Assembly (NCBI GenBank): GCA_002269645.1 | Contig: NIVC01000651.1 | Coordinates: 24,460-88,459 of the forward strand | DNA from: Macrostomum lignano | Lineage: Eukaryota | Reading direction: 5' to 3' | Length of the DNA stretch: 64,000 nt | Shown: piece after piece, positions 44,557 to 59,500 of the stretch | How the letters are laid out: the number at the start of each line of letters is the position of its first letter | Position numbering within the stretch: position 1 is the stretch's first letter | Notes under the pieces: model-generated | Database searches by the model: none | Told to the model about the DNA's origin: nothing | What the model saw: the letters and a program-made list of their open reading frames with translations, nothing else | Made by a program: the position numbers and the translations under genes

Positions 44557-47500
44557 CTAGCGGATTAAAACGGTTCGACCGACTTGGCGGTCCGGGTGCT
44601 TCCGGATGTGCATGCACGCAGCGCAACAGCCGGTTCGCTCCCTAGAGTTCGCTGTTATTGGTTGCACACGCAGAGCTCTCAACGCCACGACTCCGCAATC
44701 TCTTAGCACACGGGTTTTGCCATCAATGCTAATTTTTCTCACCGGAGCGGCGGCCGCGGCCGAGGCAGCCTTGGCTGACTCACTCGACTGGCGCGGGCGC
44801 AGCGGAGCGGAGGAGGCGGGCACAGAAAACGGCCGGCTGGGCCGCAGGCGCTTGCCCGCCTCCGTGGCAACGTAGCCGCAGTCGTCAGGGACGCCGGACG
44901 CAGCGTGTTTGCAAATGTCTCTTCCAGCGTCCCCGCCGCTGCTACCGCGACAGTCTTGCAGTCGCCTGTAGATATCCTCAAGCGTCCGGCCTGGCGGAAG
45001 CTGCTGGGCAGCGGAGGCGCACAATTTGCACACGAAATCCCACATGGCTAGAAGCATCTGGGTCGCTTGCAGCTTGAGAAAGTCGCATGGAAACATGACG
45101 GCAGTTCCACCATCCGAAAGCAGCTGCTTGACCTCAGAATCGAGCAGAGAGAGTCTCTCTGCTACCTCACCGGCGGCTTCCTCGGGTGGGCAGGCGAAAT
45201 AGCGGCGCGACTCCGCGACCGCCAACTGAAGAAAACTACCCAACCCATTTCCAGTGAGATCGAAAACAGATTCGCTAGTATTTGCATTGTTTACCTGGTC
45301 CGCTACGGTCGCAGCTTCCGCGTCTGCTGCATCAAGCACAGCATCGATGTCAGTCTCCAGGAAGCTGAGGACGCCTTTTAGCTTCACTTTGACAGGCGGG
45401 TCGACGTCAATGTCTGTCTGGCTTTCGTTGTCTCGCATTGCGGGGCGCTGCTCATCCGACTCGAAACTGGCGCCGTCGCCGAAATGACTCGGCTCTGGCT
45501 CCGAATCTTTGGCGAATTCCAGGACACTGCTGAGCCATTCGGGGGGTCGAGCTGTGGGAGCTTCAGCAAAGTCGCTGCTTACAGGCCGACACTGAGTTGA
45601 CTCTGATTGCTTGAGCTCTACTGCATTCTGTTGACTTGCAATTAGGTCTTCGGAGAAGAATTGCTCTGCACTACATTCGACTGCATTCAAGTTGGAGTCG
45701 GTAGTCTGGGAGCAAGAATCTTGCGTCACTATAACTTTTTGATTCGTGAGAGTCAAGCTTCTTTCTTTCTCTAACAAACTGCGTTGAAATTCGTCCAGCT
45801 GGTTGTTCCTAATGTCAAGCTCCAACTTTTGTCCATATAAGTTCTTCTCGCAATCAAGTAGTTCACTTTGCTTCTGTACGATTTCTGCCCATCTGGTTTG
45901 CAACTCAATCTCAGCGATTGCCTTTCTTTCTTCAAAATTTCCCTGAGCCACAGCCAGTTCGTGTTTTAATGCAATGATGGAATCATTTGCTTCAGCTAAT
46001 AATGTTTGGCTGCTTTCAAATTCTGATCCAGATGAACCATAACCGACCTCACCGTGCTGGAATTCAGTGTTAGTACTGGCGTCTACTATCCTTTCAGATG
46101 AACCTGGACCTGCGTCAGCTTCGAAAATCACAGCACTTGAGCTAGAATCGACTTTTCCGTCAGTAGTTCCAGAACTGATTTCGCTATAACTGACTGCAGC
46201 AGATGTGCTGGCATCGACGTTACCCTCTGTTGAGACTACAATGGCGTCGTCTTCTTGGATATTCACTCGGCACTTTCGGCACACAGATACACCGATTTCG
46301 ACACCTGAATTCTTATCAATCTTTTCGGCTGCACGATTCTCGACCTCAGCACTAGTGTCAGCATCCAGATTCCGTTCTGATGTACGCGACAATACATTAT
46401 CTTGGAGACACTCTGTGCCTGTGCTGGCATCAATTTTACCGTCAGACGATCCATAACCGACCTCACCGTGCTGGAATTCAGTGTTAGTACTGGCGTCTAC
46501 TTTCCTTTCAGATGAAACTGGACCTGCGTCAGCTTCGAAAAGCACAGCACTTGAGCTAGAATCGACTTTTCTGTCAGTAGATCCAGGACCGATTTCGCTA
46601 TAACTGACTGCAGCAGATGTGCTGGCATCGACGTTACCCTCCGCTGAGACTAAAATGGCATCGTCTTCTTGGATACTCATTAGGCACTTTCGGCACACAG
46701 ATACACCGATTTCGACACTTGAACTCTTATCAATCTTTTCGGCTGCACGATTCTCGACCTCAGCACTAGTGTCAGCATCCATATTCCGTTCTGATGTACG
46801 CGACAATACATTATCTTGGAGACACTCTGTGCTTGTGCTGGCATCAATTTTACCGTCAGACGATCCATAACCGACCTCACCGTGCTGGAATTCAGTGTTA
46901 GTACTGGCGTCTACTATCCTTTCAGATGAACCTGGACCTGCGTCAGCTTCGAAAATCACAGCACTTGAGCTAGAATCGACTTTTCCGTCAGTAGTTCCAG
47001 AACTGATTTCGCTATAACTGACTGCAGCAGATGTGCTGGCATCGACGTTACCCTCTGTTGAGACTACAATGGCGTCGTCTTCTTGGATATTCACTCGGCA
47101 CTTTCGGCACACAGATACACCGATTTCGACACCTGAATTCTTATCAATCTTTTCGGCTGCACGATTCTCGACCTCAGCACTAGTGTCAGCATCCAGATTC
47201 CGTTCTGATGTACGCGACAATACATTATCTTGGAGACACTCTGTGCCTGTGCTGGCATCAATTTTACCGTCAGACGATCCATAACCGACCTCACCGTGCT
47301 GGAATTCAGTGTTAGTACTGGCGTCTACTTTCCTTTCAGATGAAACTGGACCTGCGTCAGCTTCGAAAAGCACAGCACTTGAGCTAGAATCGACTTTTCT
47401 GTCAGTAGATCCAGGACCGATTTCGCTATAACTGACTGCAGCAGATGTGCTGGCATCGACGTTACCCTCCGCTGAGACTAAAATGGCATCGTCTTCTTGG

Positions 47501-50500
47501 ATACTCATTAGGCACTTTCGGCACACAGATACACCGATTTCGACACTTGAACTCTTATCAATCTTTTCGGCTGCACGATTCTCGACCTCAGCACTAGTGT
47601 CAGCATCCATATTCCGTTCTGATGTACGCGACAATACATTATCTTGGAGACACTCTGTGCTTGTGCTGGCATCAATTTTACCGTCAGACGATCCATAACC
47701 GACCTCACCGTGCTGGAATTCAGTGTTAGTACTGGCGTCTACTATCCTTTCAGATGAACCTGGACCTGCGTCAGCTTCGAAAATCACAGCACTTGAGCTA
47801 GAATCGACTTTTCCGTCAGTAGTTCCAGAACTGATTTCGCTATAACTGACTGCAGCAACTGTGCTGGCATCGACGTTGTCATCCGTTGAGCCTACACTGG
47901 CGTCGATTAGAATACACTCCGCACTCGAGCTCGCATCGACTTTTCCAGCACATGATCCTGAGCCGATTTCACTATGCTCAACTTCAGCGCTAGTGCTGGC
48001 ATCTACTTTCCTTTCAGATGAACCTGGACCTGCGTCAGCTTCGAAAAGCACTGCACTTGAGCTAGAATCGACTTTTCTGTCAGTAGATCCAGGACCGATT
48101 TCACTATAACTGACTGCAGCAACTGTGCTGGCGTCGGCAGCACGATTCTCGACCTCAGCACTAGTGTCAGCATCCAGATTCCGTTCTGATGCACGCGACA
48201 ATACATTATCTTGGAGACACTCTGTGCCTGTGCTGGCATCAATTTTACCGTCAGACGATCCATAACCGACCTCACCGTGCTGGAATTCAGTGTTAGTACT
48301 GGCGTCTACTTTCCTTTCAGATGAACCTGGACCTGCGTCAGCTTCGAAAATCACAGCACTTGAGCTAGAATCGACTTTTCCGTCAGTAGTTCCAGGACCG
48401 ATTTCGCTATAACTGACTGCAGCAGATGTGCTGGCATCGACGTTACCCTCCGCTGAGACTAAAATGGCATCGTCTTCTTGGATACTCATTAGGCACTTTC
48501 GGCACACAGATACACCGATTTCGACACTTGAACTCTTATCAATCTTTTCGGCTGCACGATTCTCGACCTCAGCACTAGTGTCAGCATCCATATTCCGTTC
48601 TGATGTACGCGACAATACCTTATCTTGGAGACACTCTGTGCCTGTGCTGGCATCAATTTTACCGTCAGACGATCCATAACCGACCTCACCGTGCTGGAAT
48701 TCAGTGTTAGTACTGGCGTCTACTATCCTTTCAGATGAACCTGGACCTGCGTCAGCTTCGAAAATCACAGCACTTGAGCTAGAATCGACTTTTCCGTCAG
48801 TAGTTCCAGAACTGATTTCGCTATAACTGACTGCAGTAACTGTGCTGGCATCGACGTTGTCATCCGTTGAGACTACAATGGCGTCGTCTTCTTGGATATT
48901 CACTCGGCACTTTCGGCACACAGATACACCGATTTCGACACCTGAATTCTTATCAATCTTTTCGGCTGCACGATTCTCGACCTCAGCACTAGTGTCAGCA
49001 TCCAGATTCCGTTCTGATGTACGCGACAATACATTATCTTGGAGACACTCTGTGCCTGTGCTGGCATCAATTTTACCGTCAGACGATCCATAACCGACCT
49101 CACCGTGCTGGAATTCAGTGTTAGTACTGGCGTCTACTTTCCTTTCAGATGAAACTGGACCTGCGTCAGCTTCGAAAAGCACAGCACTTGAGCTAGAATC
49201 GACTTTTCTGTCAGTAGATCCAGGACCGATTTCGCTATAACTGACTGCAGCAGATGTGCTGGCATCGACGTTACCCTCCGCTGAGACTAAAATGGCATCG
49301 TCTTCTTGGATACTCATTAGGCACTTTCGGCACACAGATACACCGATTTCGACACTTGAACTCTTATCAATCTTTTCGGCTGCACGATTCTCGACCTCAG
49401 CACTAGTGTCAGCATCCATATTCCGTTCTGATGTACGCGACAATACATTATCTTGGAGACACTCTGTGCTTGTGCTGGCATCAATTTTACCGTCAGACGA
49501 TCCATAACCGACCTCACCGTGCTGGAATTCAGTGTTAGTACTGGCGTCTACTATCCTTTCAGATGAACCTGGACCTGCGTCAGCTTCGAAAATCACAGCA
49601 CTTGAGCTAGAATCGACTTTTCCGTCAGTAGTTCCAGAACTGATTTCGCTATAACTGACTGCAGCAACTGTGCTGGCATCGACGTTGTCATCCGTTGAGC
49701 CTACACTGGCGTCGATTAGAATACACTCCGCACTCGAGCTCGCATCGACTTTTCCAGCACATGATCCTGAGCCGATTTCACTATGCTCAACTTCAGCGCT
49801 AGTGCTGGCATCTACTTTCCTTTCAGATGAACCTGGACCTGCGTCAGCTTCGAAAAGCACTGCACTTGAGCTAGAATCGACTTTTCTGTCAGTAGATCCA
49901 GGACCGATTTCACTATAACTGACTGCAGCAACTGTGCTGGCGTCGGCAGCACGATTCTCGACCTCAGCACTAGTGTCAGCATCCAGATTCCGTTCTGATG
50001 CACGCGACAATACATTATCTTGGAGACACTCTGTGCCTGTGCTGGCATCAATTTTACCGTCAGACGATCCATAACCGACCTCACCGTGCTGGAATTCAGT
50101 GTTAGTACTGGCGTCTACTTTCCTTTCAGATGAACCTGGACCTGCGTCAGCTTCGAAAATCACAGCACTTGAGCTAGAATCGACTTTTCCGTCAGTAGTT
50201 CCAGGACCGATTTCGCTATAACTGACTGCAGCAGATGTGCTGGCATCGACGTTACCCTCCGCTGAGACTAAAATGGCATCGTCTTCTTGGATACTCATTA
50301 GGCACTTTCGGCACACAGATACACCGATTTCGACACTTGAACTCTTATCAATCTTTTCGGCTGCACGATTCTCGACCTCAGCACTAGTGTCAGCATCCAT
50401 ATTCCGTTCTGATGTACGCGACAATACCTTATCTTGGAGACACTCTGTGCCTGTGCTGGCATCAATTTTACCGTCAGACGATCCATAACCGACCTCACCG

Positions 50501-53500
50501 TGCTGGAATTCAGTGTTAGTACTGGCGTCTACTATCCTTTCAGATGAACCTGGACCTGCGTCAGCTTCGAAAATCACAGCACTTGAGCTAGAATCGACTT
50601 TTCCGTCAGTAGTTCCAGAACTGATTTCGCTATAACTGACTGCAGTAACTGTGCTGGCATCGACGTTGTCATCCGTTGAGCCTACACTGGCGTCGATTAG
50701 AATACACTCCGCACTCGAGCTAGCATCGACTTTTTCAGCACATGATCCTGAGCCGATTTCACTATGCTCAACTTCAGCGCTAGTGCTGGCATCTACTATC
50801 CTTTCAGATGATCCTGAACCTGCGTCAGCTTTGAAAAGCACTGCACTTGAGCTAGAATCGACTTTTCCGTCAGTATTTCCACAACCGATTTCGCTATAAC
50901 TGACTGCAGCAACTGTGCTGGCATCGACGTTGTCATCCGTTGAGCCTACACTGGCGTCGATTAGAATACACTTCGCACTCGAGCTAGCATCGACTTTTTC
51001 AGCACATGATCCTGAGCCGATCTCACTATGCTCAACTTCAGCGCTAGTGCTGGCATCTACTTTCCTTTCAGATGAACCTGAACCTGAATCAGCCTGGAAA
51101 AGCACTGCACTTAAGCTAGAATCGACTTTTCCGTCAGTAGATCCAGGACCGATTTCACTATAACTGACTGCAGCAGATGTGCTGGCATCGACGTTACCCT
51201 CTGTTGAGACTACAATGGCGTCGTCTTCTTGGATATTCACTCGGCACTTTCGGCACACAGATACACCGATTTCGACACCTGAATTCTTATCAATCTTTTC
51301 GGCTGCACGATTCTCGACCTCAGCACTAGTGTCAGCATCCAGATTCCGTTCTGATGTACGCGACAATACATTATCTTGGAGACACTCTGTGCCTGTGCTG
51401 GCATCAATTTTACCGTCAGACGATCCATAACCGACCTCACCGTGCTGGAATTCAGTGTTAGTACTGGCGTCTACTTTCCTTTCAGATGAAACTGGACCTG
51501 CGTCAGCTTCGAAAAGCACAGCACTTGAGCTAGAATCGACTTTTCTGTCAGTAGATCCAGGACCGATTTCGCTATAACTGACTGCAGCAGATGTGCTGGC
51601 ATCGACGTTACCCTCCGCTGAGACTAAAATGGCATCGTCTTCTTGGATACTCATTAGGCACTTTCGGCACACAGATACACCGATTTCGACACTTGAACTC
51701 TTATCAATCTTTTCGGCTGCACGATTCTCGACCTCAGCACTAGTGTCAGCATCCATATTCCGTTCTGATGTACGCGACAATACATTATCTTGGAGACACT
51801 CTGTGCTTGTGCTGGCATCAATTTTACCGTCAGACGATCCATAACCGACCTCACCGTGCTGGAATTCAGTGTTAGTACTGGCGTCTACTATCCTTTCAGA
51901 TGAACCTGGACCTGCGTCAGCTTCGAAAATCACAGCACTTGAGCTAGAATCGACTTTTCCGTCAGTAGTTCCAGAACTGATTTCGCTATAACTGACTGCA
52001 GCAACTGTGCTGGCATCGACGTTGTCATCCGTTGAGCCTACACTGGCGTCGATTAGAATACACTCCGCACTCGAGCTAGCATCGACTTTTTCAGCACATG
52101 ATCCTGAGCCGATTTTACTATGCTCAACTTCAGCGCTAGTGCTGGCATCTACTATCCTTTCAGATGATCCTGAACCTGCGTCAGCTTTGAAAAGCACTGC
52201 ACTTGAGCTAGAATCGACTTTTCTGTCAGTAGATCCAGGACCGATTTCACTATAACTGACTGCAGCAACTGTGCTGGCGTCGGCAGCACGATTCTCGACC
52301 TCAGCACTAGTGTCAGCATCCAGATTCTGTTCTGATGCACGCGATAATACATTTTCTTGGAGACACTCTGTGCTTGTGCTGGCATCAATTTTACCGTCAG
52401 ACGATCCATAACCGACCTCACCGTGCTGGAATTCAGTGTTAGTACTGGCGTCTACTATCCTTTCAGATGAACCTGGACCTGCGTCAGCTTCGAAAATCAC
52501 AGCACTTGAGCTAGAATCGACTTTTCCGTCAGTAGTTCCAGAACTGATTTCGCTATAACTGACTGCAGTAACTGTGCTGGCATCGACGTTGTCATCCGTT
52601 GAGCCTACACTGGCGTCGATTAGAATACACTCCGCACTCGAGCTAGCATCGACTTTTTCAGCACATGATCCTGAGCCGATTTCACTATGCTCAACTTCAG
52701 CGCTAGTGCTGGCATCTACTTTCCTTTCAGATGATCCTGAACCTGCGTCAGCTTTGAAAAGCACTGCACTTGAGCTAGAATCGACTTTTCTGTCAGTAGA
52801 TCCAGGACCGATTTCACTATAACTGACTGCAGCAACTGTGCTGGCGTCGGCAGCACGATTCTCGACCTCAGCACTAGTGTCAGCATCCAGATTCTGTTCT
52901 GATGCACGCGATAATACATTTTCTTGGAGACACTCTGTGCTTGTGCTGGCATCAATTTTACTGTCAGATGAACCATAACCGACCTCACCGTGCTGGAATT
53001 CAGTGTTAGTACTGGCGTCTACTATCCTTTCAGATGAACCTGGACCTGCGTCAGCTTCGAAAAGCACAGCACTTGAGCTAGAATCGACTTTTCCGTCAGT
53101 AGTTCCAGAACTGATTTCGCTATAACTGACTGCAGCAACTGTGCTGGCATCGACGTTGTCATCCGTTGAGCCTACACTGGCGTCGATTAGAATACACTCC
53201 GCACTCGAGCTAGCATCGACTTTTTCAGCACATGATCCTGAGCCGATTTCACTATGCTCAACTTCAGCGCTAGTGCTGGCATCTACTATCCTTTCAGATG
53301 ATCCTGAACCTGCGTCAGCTTTGAAAAGCACTGCACTTGAGCTAGAATCGACTTTTCTGTCAGTAGATCCAGGACCGATTTCACTATAACTGACTGCAGC
53401 AACTGTGCTGGCGTCGGCAGCACGATTCTCGACCTCAGCACTAGTGTCAGCATCCAGATTCTGTTCTGATGCACGCGATAATACATTTTCTTGGAGACAC

Positions 53501-56500
53501 TCTGTGCTTGTGCTGGCATCAATTTTACCGTCAGACGATCCATAACCGACCTCACCGTGCTGGAATTCAGTGTTAGTACTGGCGTCTACTATCCTTTCAG
53601 ATGAACCTGGACCTGCGTCAGCTTCGAAAATCACAGCACTTGAGCTAGAATCGACTTTTCCGTCAGTAGTTCCAGAACTGATTTCGCTATAACTGACTGC
53701 AGCAACTGTGCTGGCATCGACGTTGTCATCCGTTGAGCCTACACTGGCGTCGATTAGAATACACTCCGCACTCGAGCTAGCATCGACTTTTTCAGCACAT
53801 GATCCTGAGCCGATTTCACTATGCTCAACTTCAGCGCTAGTGCTGGCATCTACTATCCTTTCAGATGATCCTGAACCTGCGTCAGCTTTGAAAAGCACTG
53901 CACTTGAGCTAGAATCGACTTTTCTGTCAGTAGATCCAGGACCGATTTCACTATAACTGACTGCAGCAACTGTGCTGGCGTCGGCAGCACGATTCTCGAC
54001 CTCAGCACTAGTGTCAGCATCCAGATTCTGTTCTGATGCACGCGATAATACATTTTCTTGGAGACACTCTGTGCTTGTGCTGGCATCAATTTTACTGTCA
54101 GATGATCCATAACCGACCTCACCGTGCTGGAATTTAGTGTTAGTATTGGCGTCTACTATCCTTTCAGATGAATCCGGATCTGCATCAGACTCGAAAAGCA
54201 CTGCACTTGAGCTCGAATCGACTTTTCCGTCAGTAGATTTACAACTAATTTTACTATGCATGTAATTGACTGCAGCACCAGTGCTGGTATCAACGCTGCT
54301 GTTTGATGAGTCTATACTTACATCCATGTGGAGACCCTCAGCATTTAAACTAGAATCAAGCTTACTATGTTGAGCTTCAGCTTCCGTTGAACCTGAGCTT
54401 GCATCACTATGGAGAAGCTCTGTACTTAAGCCCGCAGTGGCCTGTCTGTCAGGTCTGTCTGATCCAGAACCGAACCCACTGTGCTCGATATCAGCTCCAG
54501 TGATGGAGGAAACTGTCCTATCTGAATTTAGGCTAAGAGCATTGTTGGGCACATCCAATTTCTCAGGAATTTGACTACTGGCTTCAGTAGTTGTAGGTAA
54601 TGCATAGCACCAGAAGTCTTTTTTTGAAATTACATTCGAGTCTTGTGTTGGCGTCTCCTCGTCACAGGAAAAAACAAGCGCGGATGGTGCACTAAATCCA
54701 GAATCTTTCAAGTGAGGGGAATTAAGAGCATTAAATAAGCGCCGCTGTGAGATCGTATTAGGAGTAGAGTAAGTAGGGACTTCTGAATCATTCAAATATA
54801 CAGAAGTTTGTGCTGCAGAATCAATCAGCTTAAGTGCAGTGCTTGTGCCTTTGCATTCGTGCAAAACTTCTTGTGGTGCATTTGCGATGTCGACTAGGTC
54901 GGTCGATACTAGCAAAGCAGACTGAAGTGATGATTTCTCTGATGCGAGTTGATCTAATCTAAGACTCTGACTTCTTACTGTTTTTAACAACTCTTTTAAG
55001 GCATTTTTATAGTAGCTGAGGCTTTGAATACCTTCTACGCATTGACTATACAAAGTAGTGCCTTCGTTAGATTCTTGATTATCCGTTTGCGAAGAAGCAT
55101 TTGCCGTAATGACAGTGGTATCTGAACCAGTATAATAAGCATTCGTCAGATTTTTAAGCTCCTCTGAAAAAGATTCACGGAAAAAGGATGAATCCGTCTC
55201 TAGTCTGGCAACAATTGCCTTTAAATCTTTTGTCTCAGACAAAAGAGACTCAATCCGAGCATTATTACTTTCTAACTCAGAGCGTTGCTCTTCAATTCGG
55301 ACATCTCTGTTATCTACTTCCGAATTTAAACTTAAAATCAACTCGTCTTGTTGTCTTATCTGCTCAGACAACAGAACATTTTTAGACTCCAGTTCATTTG
55401 CCTCTCTACGAATTTCTGCAAGATCTTGTGCGAGAACGTCGCGTTCAGCGGCAACTTCAATCAACGCATTTTTCAAATATGTGGGACTTGCTTCAGTCTC
55501 GTCATCAAAGGGCTTGCAGGATAGAGAATCTCCCCAGTTAGGATCTAAACCGGATGGATTAGACAATGAGCGAGTCTCTAGCTGTTGTTGAAAGTTAAAA
55601 GCTCGATTTTCAGCATCTGCGAGTTTCTCTTCAATTTGCAGCTTTTCTTCATAGACTTTAGTTCGAGAGTCCAAAAGCTCTTGGAACTTTGATTCGGTTG
55701 CTCTCAGCGTAGTTTCTAACTTCTTATTCTTTTGCTCAATTTTACGCTGTTCTTCTTGAAGAGCAGCTTTTTCAATTGACATTTCTTTGATCGTATCATT
55801 TGCCGCAAGAATTTGCTGCGCCTGGTGCTCCTTATTTTCCTGCAGGATAGCCTCTGCTGATTTTACCTCGGCTATTAGTTGGTGCAGTGTGGACAATTCT
55901 GATTTCATGGAATCTATATGAGCCCTCAATTGGTCCTGCTCCGCCACAGCATTCTTTTTTGCAGCTAGAAGGGCATCACTTTCGGCCTTTAATTGGCTAT
56001 TTAACCGCTCAGTCGAACTAAGTGATTCCTGCAATTTAGAATTATTAATGGCTATTGATGACCTTTCGTGTCTCAAAATTTCTAACCGCGCTTCTAGAAC
56101 TTCCTTTTCTTCCATTAACGATCGATTTGTCGCACTAAGAATGCGCTCACGCTCGGCAACTAAGTCAATTGTCTGCTCAAGTTCGGCCGATCGGTTTACA
56201 AGAGCTTCAAGCTTCTTGTGCATTGTCTCTTTCTCTTTGAGCGCATTTTCATACAAGTCTTGAAGTTGGCGAAATTCAAATTTAGAGTTAGGGCTCTCTA
56301 AAAACGAATAATCTGGTCCAATGTGTTGAATATCAGATGAAACAGAATAAAAATCGTCTTCAGATTCATCGACATCGGAGTGCAAATTCAACGTGTTTGC
56401 TGCGACGGAGTTCCAGGCAATTTGCCCGAGCTCAACAACTCTTTGATGGGAATCTTCTGATGAAGCTGATGTAGCTGGCATGACTGGTGAATCCGTTTGA

Positions 56501-59500
56501 CAGAAGGCATCACAGGACAAGGAAACAACTGCGAGGCAACTTTCAGACTGAGAAATTAATCGTGTGTTTAGAGCCACCTTGTCTAAACAGCGACTATTAC
56601 ATCTAGGGCCGATAAAAGAGGATAACAAAAAGTCTAAACCAGATTGCCTCTTTGAACCACTCCAATTAGCTGTATTAGTTAAATCCTCATGAATAACTGG
56701 TTTCTTGAGTGAAGCAGATGCCTTAGTAGACGACTCGAAGGGTTGATTCTCTGATTCCTGACGTAGCAAATGAAGATCACTCATGCTTAGGGACGCCTTC
56801 AACTTATCTTTAGCGAAAATATATGAACTTGTGACAAGAGTATCTGTTAAATCTGGTTTTTCAGTTTGGCCAATCGAGGCAACAGGCAATTCAAGTTTTG
56901 TGCTCGCGCTTGTCTCAATTCTCTCGTCAGTGAATCCACTGGAAGCATCAGAAAATTCGATCTTTGTGCTTGTGCTGGCGTCGATACTTTCTTTAGTTGG
57001 ACCACTCGATGCATCTGCAATTTCGACTTTAGCGCTTGTGCTGGCATCAGCTCTCTTTTCGCTTAATCCGCTCGATGCATCTGCAAATTCGAGTTTTGCG
57101 CTTGTGCTGGCATCAACTCTCTCTTCGCTTAGTCCGCTCGATGCATCAGCAAATTCGAGTTTTGCGCTTGTGCTGGCATCAGCTCTCTCTTTGCTTAGTC
57201 CACTGGATGCATCAGCAATGTTGACTTTTGCGCTTGTGCTTGCGTCAACACCTTCTTGAGTAAAACCACTGGATGCATCAGCAAATTCGAGTTTTGCGCT
57301 TGTGCTTGCGTCGATACTTTCTTTAGTTGCACTACTCGACGCATCAGCAACTTCGAGTTTTGCGCTGGTGCTGGCATCAGCTCTCTCTTTGCTTAGTCCA
57401 CTGGACGCATCAGCAACTTCGAGTTTTGCGCTTGTGCTGGCATCAGCTCTCTCTTTGCTTAGTCCACTGGACGCATCAGCAACTTCGAGTTTTGCGTCTG
57501 TGCTGGCATCATCTCTCTCTTCGCTTAGTCCACTGGATGCATCAGCAATGTTGACTTTTGCGCTTGTGCTTGCGTCAACACCTTCTTGAGTAAAACCACT
57601 GGATGCATCAGCAAATTCGAGTTTTGCGCTTGTGCTGGCATCAGCTCTCTCTTTGCTTAGTCCACTGGACGCATCAGCAACTTCGAGTTTTGCGTCTGTG
57701 CTGGCATCAACTCTCTCTTCGCTTAGTCCACTGGATGCATCAGCAATTTTGATTTTTGCGCTTGTGCTTGCGTCGATACTTTCTTTAGTTGCACTACTCG
57801 ATGCATCAGCAACTTCGAGTTTTGCGCTTGTGCTGGCATCAACTCTCTCTTTGCTTAGTCCGCTCGATGCATCAGCAAATTCGAGTTTTGCGCTTGTGCT
57901 GGCATCAGCTCTCTCTTTGCTTAGTCCACTGGATGCATCAGCAAATTCGAGTTTTGCGCTTGTGCTGGCATCAACTCTCTCTTCGCTTAGTCCACTGGAT
58001 GCATCAGCAATTTCGAGTTTTGCGCTTGTGCTTGCGTCGATACTTTCTTTAGTTGCACTACTCGACGCATCAGCAACTTCGAGTTTTGCGCTTGTGCTGG
58101 CATCAACTCTCTCTTCGCTTAGTCCACTGGATGCATCAGCAACTTCGAGTTTTGCGCTTGTGCTGGCATCAACTCTCTCTTCGCTTAGTCCGCTCGATGC
58201 ATCAGCATACTCGAGTTTTGCGTCTGTGCTGGCATCAGCTCTCTCTTTGCTTAGTCCGCTCGATGCATCAGCAAATTCGAGCTTTGCGCTTGTGCTGGCA
58301 TCAGCTCTCTCTTCACTTAGTCCACTCGATGCATCAGCAAATTCGAGTTTTGCGCTGGTGCTGGCATTAGCTCTCTCTTTGCTTAGTCCACTGGATGCAT
58401 CAGCAATGTTGACTTTTGCGCTTGTGCTTGCGTCAACACCTTCTTGAGTAAAACCACTTGATGCATCAGCAATTTCGAGTTTTGCGCTTGTGTCGATACT
58501 TTCTTTAGTTGAACTACTCGACGCATCAGCAACTTCGAGTTTTGCGCTTGTGCTGGCATCAACTCTCTCTTCGCTTAGTCCACTGGATGCATCAGCAATT
58601 TCGAGTTTTGCGCTTGTGCTGGCATCAGCTCTCTCTTCGCTTAGTCCGCTCGATGCATCAGCATACTCGAGTTTTGCGTCTGTGCTGGCATCAACTCTCT
58701 CTTTGCTTAGTCCACTGGATGCATCAGCAAATTCGAGTTTAGCGCTTGTGCTGGCATCAACTCTCTCGTCGCTTAGTCCACTGGATGCATCAGCAATTTC
58801 GAGTTTTGCGCTTGTGCTTGCGTCGATACTTTCTTTAGTTGGACGACTCGAAGCATCAGCAACTTCGAGTTTCGCGTTGGTGCTGGCATCAACTCCCTCT
58901 TCGCTTAGTCCGCTCGATGCATCAGCATACTCGAGTTTTGCGTCTGTGCTGGCATCAGCTCTCTCTTCACTTAGTCCACTGGATGCATCAGCAAATTCGA
59001 GCTTTGCGCTTGTGCTGGCATCAGCTCTCTCTTCACTTAGTCCACTCGATGCTTCAGCAACTTCGATATTGGCGCTTGTGCTGGCATCAGCTCTCTCTCA
59101 CTTAGTTCACTGGATGCATCAGCAATTTCGAGTTTTGCGCTTGTGCTTGGGTCGATACATTCTTTAGTTGGACTACTCGAAGCATCAGCAACTTCGAGTT
59201 TCGCGTTGGTGCTGGCATCGACTCTCTCTTCGCTTAGTCCGCTCGATGCATCAGCATACTCGAGTTTTGCGTCTGTGCTGGCATCAACTGTCTCTTTGCT
59301 TAGTCCGCTCGATGCATCAGCAAACTCGAGCTTTGCGCTGGTGCTGGCATCAGCTCTCTCTTTGCTTAGTCCGCTCGATGCATCAGCAAATTCGACCTTT
59401 GGGCTGGTGCTGGCATCAGCTCTCTCTCTGCTTAGTCCGCTCGATGCATCAGCAAATTCGAGTTTTGCGCTGGTGCTGGCATCACTCTCTCTTTGCTTAG

